In this document: one piece after another, positions 53,056 through 64,000 of the stretch
Layout of the letters: each line of letters starts with the position of its first letter
Numbering within the stretch: the stretch's first letter is position 1
From: Octopus sinensis
Lineage: Eukaryota
Reading direction: 5' to 3'
Length of the DNA: 64,000 nucleotides
NCBI RefSeq assembly: GCF_006345805.1
Contig: NC_043002.1
Span: forward strand, 27,342,001 to 27,406,000
Program-made: the position numbers and the translations under genes
Notes under the pieces: generated by a model
What the model was told of the DNA's origin: nothing
What the model saw: the letters and a program-made list of their open reading frames with translations, nothing else
Databases searched by the model: none

Positions 53056-53113
<58 letters not shown>

Positions 53114-53313
53114 GCCATAATAATTATTATTTCATTGCGAGATTGTTTTGCTCTTTTGAGTGCAGATATGTGTGTGGTTGGATTTGACAGTTAACTTCAA
53201 TGGCGTTACTCGGCACGTCAAGGACTATCCTCGGATCCTACTCGACAAATTCCCTAGCTACCTTTGTGTCATACTTAGTCTGATCCAGTTTGCCAAGGGC
53301 TTTTGCTACATTA

Positions 53314-53672
53314 TCAAAACTCGCATTCGTGCTGTAAACAGGCTATACATTTCGCATTAATGATGCTGCTACAACTTTTGGTGGTCACAGCGGTGATGAT
53401 GTATGAGTTAGCAGCAGCAATATTGTTGCTTGTATCATCATCTGTTAATGTACTGTTGGAGTGGTGGTAGTGGTGGACATGTTTGTCCGTGGTGCTAAAC
53501 TTTGTTCGTGGATGAGCAGGTGTTATTTGATTTTAACTTCCCTTTGATGTCGTTTGCTCCTCTTGTAGTTGTTGTTTACATCACTGCTGAAGTTACTACC
53601 ACTTATCGTAGTGGCGCTGTTAGTGTTAGAAACTGAAGTTTGAACTTCACAATGGGGAGACTGTCTGCTCAT
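53314..53672 (-). CDS. Candidate S/T/N/H-rich coding segment broken by one frameshift
   Basis: Adding one base to the T run at 53531-53534 gives a 119-aa ORF (MSRQSPHCEVQ..HVHHYHHSNS..CIACLQHECEF). I recognise no homolog. Confidence 0.25.
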
Positions 53673-54359
53673 AGAAAGCGTCGAGGAGATTTTAGTGACA
53701 AATTATATTTCATTTTGAAATCACGTCCCAATTTCCTCTTTTGTTGATCTGCTGGCGGGGAAGATATTATCCTCTAAATTAATGGCTTTTTGTTCCAGAA
53801 AAAAAATTTAAAAAAAACATTATTTTGACGTTCTAGAAAACATTTTCTCTTTCTTGATTCATATTAAATCAGCTCTTTTAAAATCCCTATGAGGTATAAC
53901 ATGCAAACACATACCATCACAAGCAGTAAAATAATTATAGTTATTATAATATGTTATAGGAAATTTTAGTTTCTTTTATGGCCAAAAGCGTCTGAGAGAC
54001 TGGTGTTTGTGTGAAAGTGAAATACATGAGGAAAACAACAAACAAGCGACGGCAGTGTATGTTCATCGAGGAAAAATACGCGCACGCATGCACACACACA
54101 TACATACACACTCACGCACATATACATACAAACACACGCGCACACACACAAACACTTAAAACATACACACTAGCACACAAAAACTTCATTGATCTCTGTG
54201 ATATTATCGCATCCTTCTATCTCTCAGTGGCTCTCTAAATATGCAGCATATGCACATCCCTGCACGGGAAAATAATTGAGTATTTGCGGGCGCGGATTTG
54301 CATCTGAGTGTATTTGCGTGCGCAGATTTGGTGCTAGGTATGAGCGTGTGTGTGTGTGT

Positions 54360-54405
<46 letters not shown>

Positions 54406-54546
54406 GTGTGGTAATGATATAGTAAGAAGGATATGTTTGATGATTTAAGCTTTATAAAACATACGTGTGTTTCAGTAAATCAACTGACAGTATTTATTCA
54501 GTTTGATGAAATTATAGAACTTCATCGAAGTTTTCATTTTGGTCAA

Positions 54547-54648
<102 letters not shown>

Positions 54649-55489
54649 TAAGAGAGAAATTTACCACTATGTGGAAACCCTTATGCTAGAAGAGGATCCG
54701 CTATGGTCTCATCACTAAGAATTGTTCTCTAGAAAATTTAGCAAACCCCAGTAACGTAAGCGAGCAAGACAAATGAAAAATAACAAAATATAGATTAATC
54801 ATAAACAAATGTTTATTACCTGTCACCACAACACACAGTCAGAGAGATGTACACACTTATACACCCTCACACTCACGCCCACACACAGACACACTCATGT
54901 ATATTACGTCATCGTTGTCGTTGTGGAATAAAATGTCCTTTACTATCTCGTACTTAAACACACACAAAGGTGAAAGAATAAAGTGAAACAATATTATATT
55001 CTTATCACATTAGAATTAAAAATGAAAGAATAAAAGCGAAGCATTATTATATCACACAAGGAAATCAATCTGTAGGCAGAAAGCGCAAATCCCATTTCAG
55101 CATATAAAGCTGTAGAAGAAAATAGCTTGAGTGAAAAAACTTCAGCAACTTGAGGATATCTTTTTCTAACGCATGGACGCCCAGTGGCTTGGTTGAATTC
55201 TCAATGGTTAGTAATGAAAGGTTATCGGCAGTATCACAACGGTTTTCAATAGAGGAAGAAATGTAAATAGTGTTTTTTAAATAGAAAGAGTGCAAAAATT
55301 TTTAAATAAATTGAGAAATGTTGTAGGGAGAACGTACAAATACTGTGAGGACAAATACGCATGACAAAACTGAAATACACTAAAGTCAATTTTCAGAGGG
55401 AGAGAGAGAGAGAGGGAGAGTTAAAGAGAGGAAGTATTGCAGTGTGTGAAGGTAAGAAAAAGAAAGAGAAGAGATAAATAGAGGGTAAA

Positions 55490-55760
55490 GAGAGAGAATA
55501 GCTTGAAAACTGCAGAAGTCAAAGGGAGAGAATCGGTTGAAAACTGCAGTTTTTGGAGAAACCCATGTAAAAACACTTTTTCTCACGGTCGGTTTCTTCC
55601 ATTACTCTTGGCAAAATGTTATAGTGCATGACTATCCTTGGCACATACGTAATGTGTGTGTAAAGTTTGATGAAAACCGATTGAAAACTGTAGAAATGCA
55701 TATGTACTGCACACACACACATCCTTTGCTTTATTTATATATATATATATATTATATATA
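55490..55760 (-). mobile_element. Possible DINE-1/Helitron-like non-autonomous element
   Basis: ttgaaaactg(c/t)ag occurs three times. It contains gtgtaaagtttgatgaaaaccgattg and ends in CA plus tttatatata, like the reversed 5' ends of the Helitron-like elements in this window. Confidence 0.3.
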
Positions 55761-55929
55761 TATATATATCCGTTATGTAAACTAAAACAACAACGGAGTG
55801 AGGGAAATGCCCACATACATATTTGCACACACTAGGGTGGAGGGAAGGAAAACCGATAACCTCAAAGCAATGGAGATTCAATGGTGAGAATAACATTAAC
55901 AACAAAGTTACCAGCCACTGTGGCAATAA

Positions 55930-56200
55930 AATTTCTTTTACGAAATGAAATAGAAATGGAATTTTGCAGGAGTTTTCTTCTCAACACTAAGAGAACAATC
56001 CATCCAAACTAACCAGCGATTCATAACCATAAAGGCGATGGAATACAAAGATTATGGCAGCTTAAAGCGAAAATTATCCCTGTTATCGCAAGTAACCTTG
56101 GTAACATAAAAGGGGGATATTAGAAAACACCAAGATAACATCACGGGAGAATCATATCTCAAAGAAATCCGAAGGCTGTGCTGTTTACAAGTACCGCCCA
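55930..56200 (+). mobile_element. Old R4/Dong 3' relic
   Basis: Translates to IQRLWQLKAKIIPVIASNLGNIKG...ITGESYLKEIRR, paralogous to the peptide at 50470-50640. Confidence 0.65.
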
Positions 56201-56562
56201 CAGTTTAAATTAAATATTGCAGTTGTATTTTATAAATGTATATCTGTACAGCTTTCCCTACATTCTCTCCACATGCATTCAATTATATTTAAACAACTCT
56301 TAACCTTCACTTACCTTAGGGCGCTTGGCGTGACGCGGTAAATTGGTTGTAACAAATACGTAGATTAAAAGCTAATTAATGATAATGGTGATAATGACGA
56401 GGGGGAGGAAGAGGAGGATGGTGATTCTGATGATGATCATGACCATGATGACGATGATGATGATGATGATAAATTTACGTGAAAGTGGTATGAACACAAG
56501 AAAGATGTTGCTATGGCAAATGATAATTAAAGATTTCATGAGAAATCTTTTCTATAAGGACT

Positions 56563-56889
56563 GATCACAGTATTGAAGTAAAGAGACCAGGAATGACTGT
56601 AGAAGAGGAAGAGAATAAACATTACAATTTCATTGACTTTGCAAATTCCGTATGATAATAGAGTGAATGTCAAGGACGCTGAGAAAATTGAGAAATATTA
56701 AGATCAACATCGAAACCACTACCGAAAAAGCTGAGGATTATTGGATTTGAGAGACGTATTGTCTATTTTCAGAGATGTCCAATCCTGTATTCTCCAAGAA
56801 TGCTGATAACGTTTTATGAAATTTGAAGAGACTTGTCACCAAACCGCAAGGTAAATTCTGCTAACTAAATTAACTTGCAATAGCTTTTG
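56563..56889 (+). mobile_element. R4/Dong 3' fragment followed by an (AAT/AAC)n tail (56890-57130)
   Basis: Translates to TDHSIEVKRPG...IDFA..YDNRVNVKDAEKIEKY, the RLE endonuclease core. Confidence 0.75.
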
Positions 56890-56960
<71 letters not shown>

Positions 56961-57022
56961 CAACAACAACAATAATAATAATAATAATAACAACAACAAT
57001 AATAATAATAATAATAATAACG

Positions 57023-57074
<52 letters not shown>

Positions 57075-57080
57075 TAATAA

Positions 57081-57132
<52 letters not shown>

Positions 57133-57329
57133 TTTATAAGATTGAGGTAATTCCTCCAGAAGATATAGAAGTAAAAATATAAGTGTGCATTTGTTATTAA
57201 GTGAACGATATTTCGAAATCTCGTGTGTCTTCCACAGGTTCAAAAAATAAACTTGTCAATCTACAAAATGTTGGTTAATATTTTTAGGATTGAGATAACT
57301 CCTCCAGAAGATATAGAAGCAAAAATAGA

Positions 57330-59715
57330 AGAGTGTACAGATGAAAAGTTGATACCAGATAACATTGAAAGTCAAAGCTATTGGAGTGACATCCGGAATA
57401 AAGACAAGGAGCACAAGAAGGATAGTGAATGGTTGCAAGAACTGAAACAAACAGTAGTGTGTCCAAAACAGGCTGAACTAGTAATTTCAGATAGGAATTT
57501 GGAGGAAATCAGCAAACAAGTGGGCAACTGGAAGGCCCCGGGACCAGATGGAGTTCAAGGCTACTAAATCAAAATATTTGGTGAACGTCATGCACGAATA
57601 GGTGCACAACTCAACACCTTGTTAAATGCCGACCAAGTAACACGAAAGTGATTGACAATGGGTAGGACAGTGTGGTGCTTGAAAAACATCGAAAAAGGCA
57701 ATACGGTAGACAATTACAAGCCGATATCCTGGTTGCTACCTATGTGGAAATTATTGACTGGAATAGTCACAGAATCAATGTACGGACATATGGGAAAAAT
57801 GGAGCCTTGTCACATGAGCAGAAGGGTTGCAAGCGTAAGTGCAGAGGTACCAAGGATCAACTCCTGGTAGACAAAACTGTATTTAGAGACTGGAACAGTA
57901 GGAAAGCTAACTTAGCCATGTCATGAATCGATTATCGTAAGGCGTACGATATAATCCCTATTTGGTATTGCATCGAATGTTGAGCGATTGTTTGGAAAAA
58001 CGTATGGCGAAGTGGAGGACGGAACTGGCAGCATATGGAAGAAGTTTCGGGACAATAGAAATCGGGATATGTGTCTTCCAAGGGAACTGCCTGTCCCCAC
58101 TGATCTTTGTACTGTGCATGATACCACTAACACTGATTCTGAGGAAAGTAAAGGTTGGTTATGTATTCAAAAGCCAACAACAAAATGTCAACCATTTGTT
58201 ATTCATGGATGACCTCAAGCTTTATGGTAAAGATGAATCCCAACACAGTTCCCTCGTTGCTGCGGTGTATACCTCCAGTGCTGATATCAGAATGGAGTTC
58301 GTACTGAAAACATGTGGTGTGTTAGTCGTGCAGAGATGCAAAATCAAATGTATGGGCGCGCTAGCGATACCGTCGGAGGAGGTTATGAAGGCGATAGAAG
58401 AGACGGGCTATAAGTACTTGGGGATATTGGAAATATCGAAATTAAACGGACGGAGTAAGATTCAAGCTATCAACACTTGAGCGGTTTCACTATTTAGATA
58501 TGGGGCAGGGGTAATCGCATGGACTGTAGATGAACTAAACAGCTTATACAGAAAGACAAGGAAGTTGCTGACTAGATATAGGATACTCTACCCAAAAAGT
58601 GACTCAGATAGACTGTATGTACCACGAAAAAAGGGTGAAGAGGACTTATTTGATGCGAACACGGCATTAGAGCAGAAGAAAACAACATAGCATTACCGGC
58701 ACAATATTCTAGAACACGAAAGATGGAGACGCATTGTGCAAGAAAATGGTTCATATTTGGCACGAACTTTGCGGACAATCCAATAAATGGCGGGAAGAAT
58801 CATTAGAGCCATGAATTCCTTGGTTTATGCCTGTATTGAGATACTCCGCTCCGTTTCTAAAATGGACCGAGCTACGGAACTCGACCAGAAGAACTAGAAA
58901 GCCGCTCACAATGCATTAGTCGCCCCACCCTAAAAGTTATACCGATCGACTCTACCTACCAACAAATATAAGTTTAGGAGGATTACTAAACACAAAATAC
59001 ACTCTTAATATGCGATACTAGCTCTGAAAAATTATGTTGTGTAGAGTAATGAAAGAATACTTCGGCAGTCTGAAATACCCATTAAATCACAGAAACTGTA
59101 GGAAAATTCAAACAGAAAAGGAAGGACAAAAGAATAAATAGATGCAAAGAAATGAAACTGCATGGCCAATTATTGCAATAAACCGAGTATGCTGGAAGTA
59201 AAGATCGTTGGCTCTGGCTGATAGTCGGGAACTTGAAACGAGAGACAGAAACGCTTTTTATCTCCGCACAGGAACAAACCATTAGAACAAATCTGATAAA
59301 AGTAAAGATCGACAAAACCCAGCAAGATAGGAAATGTAGAATCTGCTGGAAAGAACAGGAGAGTACCAATGGCATTTTGAGTGCGTGCTGTATAAGCGCA
59401 GACATGACTGTGTAGGCGAAAGTGTGCATCGGGATATAGGTCGAGTGTGTGGCTTCAAAACAACAGAAAAATAGTATGAACGCGAACCAGAGGCTGTGAC
59501 AAAAAATGAGAATAGCAAGATCTTGTGATATTTCACGATAAACACTGACCCTTCTATTGAAGTAAGAAGACTGGAGAAGATCAAAGAGGATAAAATTGAC
59601 AAAGAGTACAAGATCATAGATTTTTGCAATTCCCTGACAGCAGAGCGGATACAAAAGAAGTTGAAAAAACAAATGAGAAATATCGTGATCTACCCAGCGA
59701 ACGTGATGTTGGAAG
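57330..59715 (+). mobile_element. R4/Dong-clade RT + C-terminus pseudogene; chimera of two copies joined near 58696
   Basis: Contains WKAPGPDGVQGY, NYKPI, EQKGC..GTKDQLLVDK, FQGNCLSPLIFVLCMIPL, HLLFMDDLKLYG, YKYLG, LKRETETLFISAQEQ and CRIC, with many stops and frameshifts. Confidence 0.92.
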
Positions 59716-59905
59716 TGGGAAGGAGGAGGAGGTGGAGGGGGTAGAGGAGGAGGAGAAGAAGAAGAAGAAGAAGAAGAAGAAAAAGAAGAAGGGGAAGAAG
59801 AAGAGAAGAAGAAGAAGAAGAAGACGAAGAAGAAGAAGAAGAAGAAGAAGAAGAAGAAGAAGAAGAAGAAGAAGAAGAAGAAGAAGAAGAAGAAGAAGAA
59901 GAAGA
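59716..59905. repeat. (GAA)n/(GAG)n purine tract
   Basis: Directly visible. Confidence 0.95.
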
Positions 59906-60611
59906 GCAAAAACAAAGCAGCTCATGTTCAAGTAATCAAAAAAAAAAAAAGGTAAGAAATGCTTGCGCGTGTGGTGTTTCTGAATGTAAAATGCTGGTTC
60001 CGATTATTCATAAGAATTGGAGACATGACAAAATTGCTTCCATTGAACATCGGCGAAATTATTATATGCTTTGATTCAGACATTTGCAAAATGTATTTGA
60101 CAATAAAACAGAAGCCGTTCTTGAAAACAACCATGTAATGGTATTATGTAGTATGAAAATTAAAATGTTTATGCAAATAGAAAATTCACGTTCAGATATT
60201 GAAGTACTCAATTTGTAAAACCGATTGTAACATAACTGATTTTACTGGCCCGTTTGATACAGGGAGATAGACAAAGTGCAACAAAAAATATAATTATACC
60301 AGGGTCTAAAACATGAATTTCGGAGAATCTGGAATTACTAAAAATTAACATTATCCAAATTCTGATGAGAGCTCTAGCAACGTTTATAAAACTTATAAAT
60401 GATCGGTCAACGATGCTGGATATAGAGATGCATTTCTTGATTTAGAGAAAGATTCAGATTGCTTAGTTTGGCAATGCAAGGATTTTGCAAAAGATGCCAA
60501 GTGCCTATAGTTGAGTAAGGTAGCTTCATGTATAACAATCCAGTACCGGCCAAGCAACAATGAAAACCGAGGTAAAGAAAGGAATAATGGTAATAATGAT
60601 TATCATATTAG

Positions 60612-60612
60612 C

Positions 60613-60655
<43 letters not shown>

Positions 60656-61169
60656 GAACAACAACAACAACAACAACAGTAATAGCCCCAAGTTAATTTT
60701 ACAAGCATGCAGATAAAAAGTAATAATAATAAAAACAACAACAACAGCAACAACAACAACAACAACAACAATAATAATAATAATAATAATAATAAAGGCA
60801 CAAGGACTGGAATTTTGGAGTGAAGAATAGTAGATTACATTAACCCGAGTGTTTCACTGTTACTTAATTTATTAATCACCAAAGGATGAAAGACAAAGTC
60901 GACCTCTGCGGAATTTGAACTTAGAACGTAGCGGCAGACGAAATACTATTTCTTACTACCCACAAGGGACTAAACACAGAGAGAACAAACAAGGACAGAC
61001 AAACGGATTAAGTCGATTACATCGACCCCAGTAAGTAACTTGTTCTTAATTTATGACCACGAAAGGATGAAAGGCAAAGTCGACCTCGCGGAATTTGAAC
61101 TCAGAACGTAGCGGCAGACGAAATACCGTTAAGCATTTCGGTGTGCTGATGATAATAATAATAATAATA

Positions 61170-61233
<64 letters not shown>

Positions 61234-61735
61234 GAACAACAACAACAACAACAACAGTAATAGCCCCAAGTTAATTTTACAAGCATGCAGATAAAAAGTA
61301 ATAATAATAAAAACAACAACAACAGCAACAACAACAACAACAACAACAACAATAATAATAATAATAATAATAATAAAGGCACAAGGACTGGAATTTTGGA
61401 GTGAAGAATAGTAGATTACATTAACCCGAGTGTTTCACTGTTACTTAATTTATTAATCACCAAAGGATGAAAGACAAAGTCGACCTCTGCGGAATTTGAA
61501 CTTAGAACGTAGCGGCAGACGAAATACCTATTTCTTACTACCCACAAGGGACTAAACACAGAGAGAACAAACAAGGACAGACAAACGGATTAAGTCGATT
61601 ACATCGACCCCAGTAAGTAACTTGTTCTTAATTTATCGACCACGAAAGGATGAAAGGCAAAGTCGACCTCGGCGGAATTTGAACTCAGAACGTAGCGGCA
61701 GACGAAATACCGTTAAGCATTTCGGTGTGCTGATG

Positions 61736-61785
<50 letters not shown>
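60612..61785. repeat. Near-identical tandem duplication (~580-bp unit) of AAT/AAC arrays plus a composite SINE family 1 (minus strand)
   Basis: The unit offset is 578-584 bp. Composite SINEs lie at 60797-61150 and 61378-61733. Confidence 0.92.
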
Positions 61786-62936
61786 TTCGAGTAAATTATA
61801 ATATATTTTAGAAACCTAAAAGCAACGCATAAAATTGGTATAAATTGGTGAATGCATCGTTTTATAGAAGCTCAAAGCGAGCATTAGGTAATGGATAAAA
61901 GGAAATATGAATTATGTTTTCTACATTATGTAACTAAAAGGATTCAAAGCTAACGTCGTAACAAGTGTTTCACTTTATATCAAATATGATATGTGTATAA
62001 GAATTAATACTTATCCATTTAATATTTGTCCTAATGTTGCTGAAAAGCCATTTATTGCATTGGATATATTTTGATTCCATTTGTTGCATTTCGTTTCCAA
62101 GGAAACAGTGCTAACCTAGTTTTTCGTTGATATTATCGTAAACATTTTACGTGGCCGCTCGACTTACCGAGAATACCAGTAAAATCTTTCCCAAAGCATG
62201 CCATAAATTGCTTGGAAATGAGAGAATTCATTCAATAATGAAGTCCTAGAAACTATATATTCGATACAATGTAAAGGCGCGAGGCATTTACCCGATTCTG
62301 GGAGATACGGGAAATAGCAGACATATATCCCTTAAACATACCCTGCCATTACAACAAAACAAACAATAACCATATTCTATAATGTACTCTTAGATATACT
62401 ATGTACTGAATATGTGAGATGGTATCTGCAGAAAAGTAATTAAGAACATATAGTCCATCTGGAGTAAATACGTAAATTGCTGTTTGCAAATTTAGTGTTA
62501 AAGGTGAAAATTAATCTGTGTGCATGCAAGTGTCTATGTAGTGTGCTATGTAGCGTGTAAAATCCCACTTGTTTTTGTTGTATGCAATTAAATCACTTAT
62601 TGGAATTAAATGGTAAAACCATATAATTTGTTAATAGGTAGTCGAATGCCTTATATCAAATATTGGCCGATCTGAAGGTAAGTTGCTTTAATGAGTGAAG
62701 GTAAGAAAATAATGCCGGACTGTTCAACACGTGTGAAGAAGTCTTCACTGACAGACTGGCCAAATATATTGTACCCCATTCCACAGCTCAGCAGCAACTC
62801 TTAGGGATCCATAGTGTGTCGAGCTAGATGAGCCACAAGCTCGTCGATAGTTTTGTGTTTGCATCCGAATGGGATAAAGCAAAACAGCGACAAAAGGGAA
62901 TTAGGTATTAACGTTCCGACATTTAGACAGCGACTG

Positions 62937-63216
62937 TATAAACGCTCTTGAAAAGCGCGCGTTATTACTCTGGGCGGAAGTCGTCATGTGTATTCCTCCG
63001 TCGTTAGCTTTTAAAGAGCGGAGGACCGCAGCACTAGTGTGCTGCTACGCTAGGTCGAAGTAATTCTCCTGTCCAGCTGCAATATCTTCTGGAAGCATTT
63101 TCTAGTTTGCAGCCATGACAGAGCACCAAAAGACAAGATTTAATTCTATTAGACATTGACTAGAGATTTACTGATGCAGAAATAAAAAAGGAAGAGGAAA
63201 ATACTTCCAGGTGAGG
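62937..63216 (+). promoter_or_regulatory. Candidate TATA+Inr core promoter and first exon
   Basis: TATAAA at 62937-62942 and Inr-consensus TTACTCT with its A at 62967 (30 nt downstream). GGGCGG at 62972, locally CpG-rich, and a splice donor CAG|GTGAGG at 63211. Confidence 0.3.
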
Positions 63217-63882
63217 GCTGAAATTAGTACACAGGTAAATCTATTAGTGTTAATGTGCGGAAGTTCGCTACGGTAACTTGAATGATCCTGCAAGTACAAC
63301 GAAATTTTGCAGCCAATTAGAATATATAAAAGACTACGGATGTATGGAATGTGTACATACAGACGTTTTGTTTACCGATGTAGATACATTACAAATGTTA
63401 TACAAACTGGTAACATATTCTACTGCTGTTTCAAGTAGACTATATATTCATATATTTGTTCAAGCTATTTCGTAAGGCGTGTTTACTTTCGTGTGAGCAA
63501 ATATATGATACACAATGTCCACAGAGTGGAGTAATATATTGTGGACTGAGGAATGAGTGAATTCTAACGCATCGATCGGAACCCGTCAAGATAAAAGATG
63601 CAATGATTATTATGGGTAGTGGGAAAGCAATTTATAGCTTGGGAATAATAATAGTTAGTGAAAATGAACAGGAAAAAAAGTAAAAGCAGGGAAATGGCGG
63701 CAAGAAGGTGAAACAAGTGTTTGTGTGACGCAAAAGATTACGGTGTTGAGAAGAAGAGTGATGAACATTAAAGGTGTAGATTAGTATTTATTTATAAACA
63801 TCCTATGTTCATAACACATGCACCGACAAACATATATACTCACACGCGAATAGATACATACGTACATTCATGCAGAAATACA

Positions 63883-63885
<3 letters not shown>

Positions 63886-63947
<62 letters not shown>

Positions 63948-63965
63948 GTATATGTATATATATAC
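63886..63965. repeat. (TA)n microsatellite (similar arrays at about 28975-29037, 30137-30197, 41729-41897, 43254-43410 and 54548-54650)
   Basis: Directly visible. Confidence 0.95.
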
Positions 63966-64000
63966 ACTTGAAACATTCCTGTCACAACCTGGGACCTTGA

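Noticed and set aside
62790-62975. Minus-strand peptide CFIPFGCKHKTIDELVAHLARH resembling a zinc finger
   Set aside because: The C-x5-C-x10-H spacing is non-canonical, there is no start codon or convincing exon boundaries, and it is a single isolated motif.

Overview
This is AT-rich, microsatellite-dense eukaryotic DNA. The repeat families look like octopus/cephalopod ones to me, but that is recall-level inference and I have not verified it. I found no intact, recognisable host gene, rRNA, true tRNA or CRISPR array. Most ORFs in the track are microsatellite artefacts or antisense shadows of transposon ORFs. The window is mostly decayed mobile elements. These are: at least seven R4/Dong-clade non-LTR fragments, one RTE fragment, Penelope-like pieces (some with hammerhead-like cores), four tRNA-headed SINE families, a near full-length FLYWCH-MULE transposon with TIRs, two mariner relics, a DD37D (maT) relic, a TA-flanked MITE and Helitron-like non-autonomous elements. 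The most interesting pattern centres on (AAT)n arrays. R4/Dong fragments and a ~540-bp non-coding, non-tRNA, AAT-tailed element pile up in these arrays on the AAT strand, while SINEs sit on the ATT strand. A younger SINE subfamily is found nested at the same internal position of older SINE copies at two loci. Host-gene signals are weak: a TATA+Inr+first-exon candidate near 62.9-63.2 kb, a low-complexity ORF broken by one homopolymer frameshift at 53.3-53.7 kb, and scattered exon-like segments.
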